Shown piece by piece: positions 61,201 to 64,000 of a stretch of 64,000 nucleotides of DNA. The notes under the pieces were generated by a model. The model was given only the letters and a program-made list of their open reading frames with translations, did no database searches and was not told where the DNA came from. Where the stretch lies: positions 157,790,001 to 157,854,000 of the forward strand of contig CM097882.1 in assembly GCA_044892505.1 (NCBI GenBank), in the 5' to 3' direction. The stretch comes from Schmidtea nova. Lineage: Eukaryota. Each line of letters begins with the position of its first letter. The first letter of the stretch is position 1. Position numbers and translations under genes: made by a program.

Positions 61201-63997
61201 ATATTGGTGCAGTTATTAGCTTATCTCTCAATGTTTCAAAGGCTGTTTGTTGTTCGCTTCCCCATATGAACGATACGTCTTTCTTTACTAGCTCCTGGAT
61301 TGGTTTTGCAATTCCTGCGTAATCCTTTATGAATTTTCTATAGTAACCGCATAATCCGAGAAATTCTTGGATCTGCGTTATCGTCTTTGGTACTGGACAT
61401 TCTTTTACTTTATCAATGTTTCTGGGATCTGGTTCCTTTCCTTTTGCGGACACAATATGTCCTAAGAATGTCACTTTCTCCTTTGCCCAATCGCATTTCG
61501 ATGGTTTGAGCTTGAGTTTCCATTGTCTCAGTCTAACAAATACATCTCTGATATCTTGGATGTGTTGTTCAAATGTGCTTGAGTAGATCAGTAGGTCATC
61601 AATGTAAACCATGCATTGTTTTATGCCGTGGGTAACGAAATTCATACATCTTTGAAATGATGCTGGCGCATTGGTTAGTCCAAATGGCATTTTCCTAAAC
61701 TGGTACAAGTCTCTTCCGATAGTGAAAGCAGTTTTCTCTTTGTCTTCCTCCTTCATTTTAATTTGCCAGTATCCGCTTTTCAAATCCAATGATGTAAAAT
61801 ATGCCGCTCCTTGTAATGTCAATAACATCTCGTTGATGTCTGGTAATGGGTATGTATCCCTTTTTGTAACTGCATTTAATCTCCGATAATCAATACAAAA
61901 TCGTTGTGTTCCGTCTTTCTTTTTCACCATTACAACTGGGAATTGCCACGGTGAGCAGCTTGGTTCAATTACTTCTGCGTCTAGCATTTTCTGTACTTCT
62001 GCTTCGGCTACTGATTTTTGCGCTTCAGCTAACTTGTATGGTCTTAACGCAATAGGCGTTTCGTCTGTTAGTGGAATCGTATGTAGTGTGACGTCGCATG
62101 TCCCTAGATCTAAATCGGATGCTGCGAATATGTCTTTATATTCTATCAGTAATTTTTCTAGCTGTTTCTTTTGATCCTCATTCAATAGTTGGCTATCAAT
62201 GTTCCAAGTGGGTTCTTCCTCTTTTACTCCTTCTTTTATTGGTATTTCGATATCTATCATTGGAGTTAGTTTACCTAATCTTTCATTTTCATAAATTATT
62301 TTATCCTCTTCATCGAAATTTACTACATTTATTGGGATTTCTCCGTTGTCATTCGCACTCACTAATCCCCTTGCCATTGGCAACGACTTTCTCTTTTCAA
62401 ATCTTTTACTGGGTTCAAAGATCATGTCACCTTCTATTGTAGGATCTATTTTTACGAAACATATTTTCTCTCTCCGTGCTGGTACGATTATTTGTTTCGA
62501 ACTTGTTACTTTTGCTTCTATTGCGCATATCTGTCCTGTCCTATCCTTTAATCTCATTGTTCCGAGGTCAATAACTATTTCTTTAAATAATGCTGGCATC
62601 AGATCCGTGCCTATAATGCATGGTACGCTTAGTGCTGGTATTACTGCTACGTACGTTTCGATTTCCGTGTTTTGATGTTTTATCTTTACCCACCATCTTC
62701 CGGCAACTTCTACTACTTCTTTACTGCATGCTATTACGTGAACGTTGGTTCTCTCAATATCCCGTCTTTGTTCTTGTGGTATCCATTTTATATCTATTGC
62801 TGAGATATTTGCTCCTGTATCAATCATCGCTTCAATTTCCCTTCCGTTAATTTCGATTGTTGTAGTTAATACTGGACCGGTGTTTGATGACATTACTGCA
62901 ATTGTATGTGAGTCTCCTTGCGGATCTACGCTTCTGCACCGTCTCGTTCTATAGTCTTCTGGTATCATAGGATATATGTTTGTCATCGGCATCATTTGCA
63001 TTGTATTTTGTCTCATCCCTGGTGTTGGTTCTTGGTACATGGTTGGTGGGGGTGCGTAACACTTCCACATTTCCGCTGGATTCTTTTCGACATACTGTGG
63101 TACTTGATTTTTAAATACTTGACCTCCTTCGTTATCATCATCATCGTCGTCACTGGAATCGTCTTGGGTTCTGTACCCTTTCATTCTTTCCCATAGTCCT
63201 TTTCTCTCTTTCTTTAGTTGTTGTCTTGCTTGTTCGTTATTCATTATCTTTTTAAATTTTCGTCCCACCTCTTCATCGGTTCCTTTCATTTTTGCCAGTA
63301 TTTTTAGGAGTCTCTTTATTCGGTGAATATCTTTTGAATGACCGTGTAATACCATTGTTTTAGCCAAAAATGGTAAGAATCCTACCACCAATTTCCAATT
63401 TACTTTCTTTTCTCTTTTATAGATGTCAAAACAGGCTAACATTTGCGTTATTATTACCCGTATTATTTGTATAATTAGTATAACACCAAGTATTCCTGCC
63501 ATCATTTGTCCAAATATTAAAAATCTTCCCCACATCGCTTTCATCATGTTTTCCGTTGCCTTCTTAAAGTGGGCTGGTGACAATAATAATTCATAATTTG
63601 GTCCACCTTGGTAATTTGTTCCTCCTGTTATTGTTACAATGCTGGATAACACCGCTTCCCTTCTTGCTGGAAATAGTATGTTTTGTCTCGCTGCCTCTAA
63701 GTCTTTTGCGCTATAGAATCCCATATTGCTTACATCTACGTCTTTAAATTTTCGTCCTTTTGATAGTTGCATCAATTCAAATTCCCTTGGTGCTGGTACC
63801 TCTGTTCTTGACGGAAACATAACCCAATTCCCGTCTGGTTTTTGGTATAATGGTCCATATGCGTTGCTGCAATTGAAAGGGTTTGGTTCGAAGCTTACTG
63901 GATTTATGATTCTTGTCACTGGTTGCACATATCTTACTTTCCCTTTGTATTCGATTTCTAGTTCGTTAGTACACTGACCTGGTTGTAATTTGGTCAT
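55280..63997 (-). CDS. pol: giant polyprotein (>2905 aa, 5'-truncated by window): glycoprotein-TM, protease, RT, RNase H, integrase, ankyrin repeats, signal peptide, 4 FN3-like repeats, TM
   Basis: DTG 62813-62821; YIDD 61595-61606; DAS 61151-61159; HHCC ~60390-60514; DVIGP/TDQG/GQTERFN core; GPY ~59585; ankyrin LH/PL motifs 57930-59190; no stops; frame open to the window edge. Confidence 0.95.
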   Translation of the reverse strand: MTKLQPGQCTNELEIEYKGKVRYVQPVTRIINPVSFEPNPFNCSNAYGPLYQKPDGNWVMFPSRTEVPAPREFELMQLSKGRKFKDVDVSNMGFYSAKDLEAARQNILFPARREAVLSSIVTITGGTNYQGGPNYELLLSPAHFKKATENMMKAMWGRFLIFGQMMAGILGVILIIQIIRVIITQMLACFDIYKREKKVNWKLVVGFLPFLAKTMVLHGHSKDIHRIKRLLKILAKMKGTDEEVGRKFKKIMNNEQARQQLKKERKGLWERMKGYRTQDDSSDDDDDDNEGGQVFKNQVPQYVEKNPAEMWKCYAPPPTMYQEPTPGMRQNTMQMMPMTNIYPMIPEDYRTRRCRSVDPQGDSHTIAVMSSNTGPVLTTTIEINGREIEAMIDTGANISAIDIKWIPQEQRRDIERTNVHVIACSKEVVEVAGRWWVKIKHQNTEIETYVAVIPALSVPCIIGTDLMPALFKEIVIDLGTMRLKDRTGQICAIEAKVTSSKQIIVPARREKICFVKIDPTIEGDMIFEPSKRFEKRKSLPMARGLVSANDNGEIPINVVNFDEEDKIIYENERLGKLTPMIDIEIPIKEGVKEEEPTWNIDSQLLNEDQKKQLEKLLIEYKDIFAASDLDLGTCDVTLHTIPLTDETPIALRPYKLAEAQKSVAEAEVQKMLDAEVIEPSCSPWQFPVVMVKKKDGTQRFCIDYRRLNAVTKRDTYPLPDINEMLLTLQGAAYFTSLDLKSGYWQIKMKEEDKEKTAFTIGRDLYQFRKMPFGLTNAPASFQRCMNFVTHGIKQCMVYIDDLLIYSSTFEQHIQDIRDVFVRLRQWKLKLKPSKCDWAKEKVTFLGHIVSAKGKEPDPRNIDKVKECPVPKTITQIQEFLGLCGYYRKFIKDYAGIAKPIQELVKKDVSFIWGSEQQTAFETLRDKLITAPILVHPDFKKPFLLATDASGYAAGAVLGQYDDEGKERVIGYYSRTFKKHEKNYSVTEREALAIILAIKHFKYLLWGHIICITTDHQPLVWLGQHKETSSRLMRWAMQLQEYSPDIKFKSGKANANADCMSRLTFPELTDPEVQRICIMIAEDLDFSELKKDQQEDKELRPIIEFLSSRNMDVFKDNAELKEHMRKYQHRYTIEKGWLLIQDGEKRLMCLPGNRRKEIITQYHDGKLGGHMSDKKTLDRMRQKYYWPTMDEDVKEWIKNCLTCATRKDSGKKWKNPLKPMPIPAEPMTTIAMDVIGPLPESLNVNQYILVITDYLTKFPEAFAMPDQKAKTVARILVEEICCRYGTPKQILTDQGTNFMSEILDEVTNYFRIAKLRTSPYHPQTNGQTERFNGTLIRMLSNYVSKHQTDWDEYIKLCLMAYRMSIHAATKLSPFQLMYGRECNMPIDLEYQPPLSQYMEEDDYVTKFKERMQEIWKTAELNIKFYQESYKDLHDQKKNVKTNDLKPGDWVMIETPEIIPGTVKKLQRPGKGPYEVIYKKENNVKVKLVNRPLIRPIYVNTCRCKEVPKTITTTPEERIITRSQTARMNMLRATNESTEAENNQQGKRNKEIVLKAREIMGKWHVRDDILRDIQSIISDYARGLPTKPVISELLEKIPEILSLEDIGGQPALHNAIKWGEVERVKELLKIAKETNQHLGFGNSEQETPLMVAAIYKSDKAIIDLLINADFNWTERDRENKTVLNHAIWSSNQIMLKRIIEKATWEIDELIKGDIIKEAIKIGNCKTIRKLIKWKRSENDTWVLNINEVYSKGQNALLQFLLKLVCDQKTLLILLDRRNITISKNKEECKFESEKEALFRKIREWCAKSLTKTITYKDISNFQDKYKTVEEEYDKLIDILNHPEKCKQFLCRKERESKRKFTPLFSAEVPYQERLDAIQDKAKELLPEFENSKHTLEILGAIVEKVHAYAEGTYNENDMMIIKREMPVTFLLTKNGVLPIHRALRAGKDRRVVEIARLMQDCGSDMNMKDKKGDTLMIFAARANTKTRVLQELYEAGAGLMGRTNKDSSILDVALLAHNWEVINFIKTITNQEEIEYLTRTVKKASVHSMMHNAELTEAILNWMNPNTNEPAFRINECMEQGQNLYIKCALIINKWPKIIDIFMRRKDLRFTNNPKETERTDKWKELMKTYLNNWIKAKKEILDCKLTDKEIPKQAVTQEYEASILTTITYEKMIEAINVEDDIFNDQRGGDNTGNDDDSTRENPEDHELSDEEDSEEKGRDTEKNDKKNEFGKQRNNNYKNKNEAKRTGYKQTINPFFKPELLLLTVIMTLISPTQGMICEERATIQIGNAKGIERVCWSKKDKISGQNSPMDCRISEYEQGIIEIDDLELDTWYKICTIRKQKNPRSHNTIACANYLTPKVTITIQQSSKGDYVVGKCGRTETQGTKNKKPQTIDRRTTPTIQITIDRPEARVTTNETERVTYQTELLCLALILTMLKRLEEGIDIDTMAVTEMNDTQNTNPKCWARSNEEIGVSEIKTSRKRKTNKVTKISEVKADRTYELCLLEKERHKKGTTICKTFQPGETIKFIRRGRRNKRTKRRTTIMLELTGIEPDVKGVCWKKQERKTNQNTPPQCRTNRGTTTIQIEGLESNQTYEICLIRKSDKITVNELECRLYKTPTRTRAGKTTRKSRRQRNKGKARYTTTFKPNGQQKNQDIQIKTEKNTTATLILWRIDNKTLEICWVIVQKQRERQPRDCGNAKGKEEISIRNLKFNSEYEICAIEKTDILGNQQERCETYYTPVNSTSKGKVRKLEFKELSQTTKQMDAEQVVIDPYARWTPEEVIKEVKRKQQEREQLLNKLKGQYGPMINQSEITKMDVNKQVRELIGLGILAATIPVITVLLIIWIYDVFNKKPITHWPDIKIMNYSIELPEEVHKEFQRRTKGKEFWRQIEDEERYEGKTVMVI

Positions 63998-64000
63998 TGT

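Larger units (their letters stand above)
48037..64000 (-). mobile_element. 3' half of a giant Ty3/Gypsy-type retroelement (Burro-like), continues beyond the window
   Basis: PR-RT-RH-IN order in one huge ORF, array of accessory ORFs, then a 3.25-kb LTR; uniform A-rich coding strand from 51.5 to 64 kb. Confidence 0.88.

Noticed and set aside
52163-63977. Many plus-strand ORFs overlapping the polyprotein and accessory genes
   Set aside because: Shadow frames of an A-rich coding strand (F/L/S-rich), with no motifs.

Overview
AT-rich eukaryotic (animal) DNA made almost entirely of mobile elements, with four N-gaps and no recognisable host gene. The low GC, ~50-nt introns and giant LTR element suggest a planarian flatworm, but this is inference. 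The main feature is the 3' half of a giant Ty3/Gypsy-type retroelement on the minus strand (48037 to beyond 64000). Its single ORF of more than 2900 aa is open to the window edge. It runs: chuvirus-like glycoprotein C-terminus with TM, protease, RT, RNase H, integrase, ankyrin repeats, internal signal peptide, four FN3-like repeats, TM. Downstream are 4-5 small ORFs, including an intronless full-length TRAF (RING, zinc fingers, coiled coil, MATH), the main ones with a splice acceptor just before the ATG. The element ends in a ~3.25-kb LTR. Three more diverged copies of this LTR type lie at ~4.9-8.0, 11.6-14.2 and 40.6-43.6 kb. The LTR appears to be a self-contained gene cassette: CCAAT plus palindromic TATA, splice donor, hairpin cluster, two ORFs (one with a Rev-like arginine-rich motif), a polyA signal, and a ~175-nt pseudoknotted RNA that covaries across all four copies. 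The rest is a second family of ~1.1-kb solo LTRs with 4-bp TSDs, a small Gypsy inside a mariner, piggyBac, hAT, Helitron, Polinton-type polB and Chapaev-like fossils, and MITEs. All calls come from manual reading; no database searches were run.
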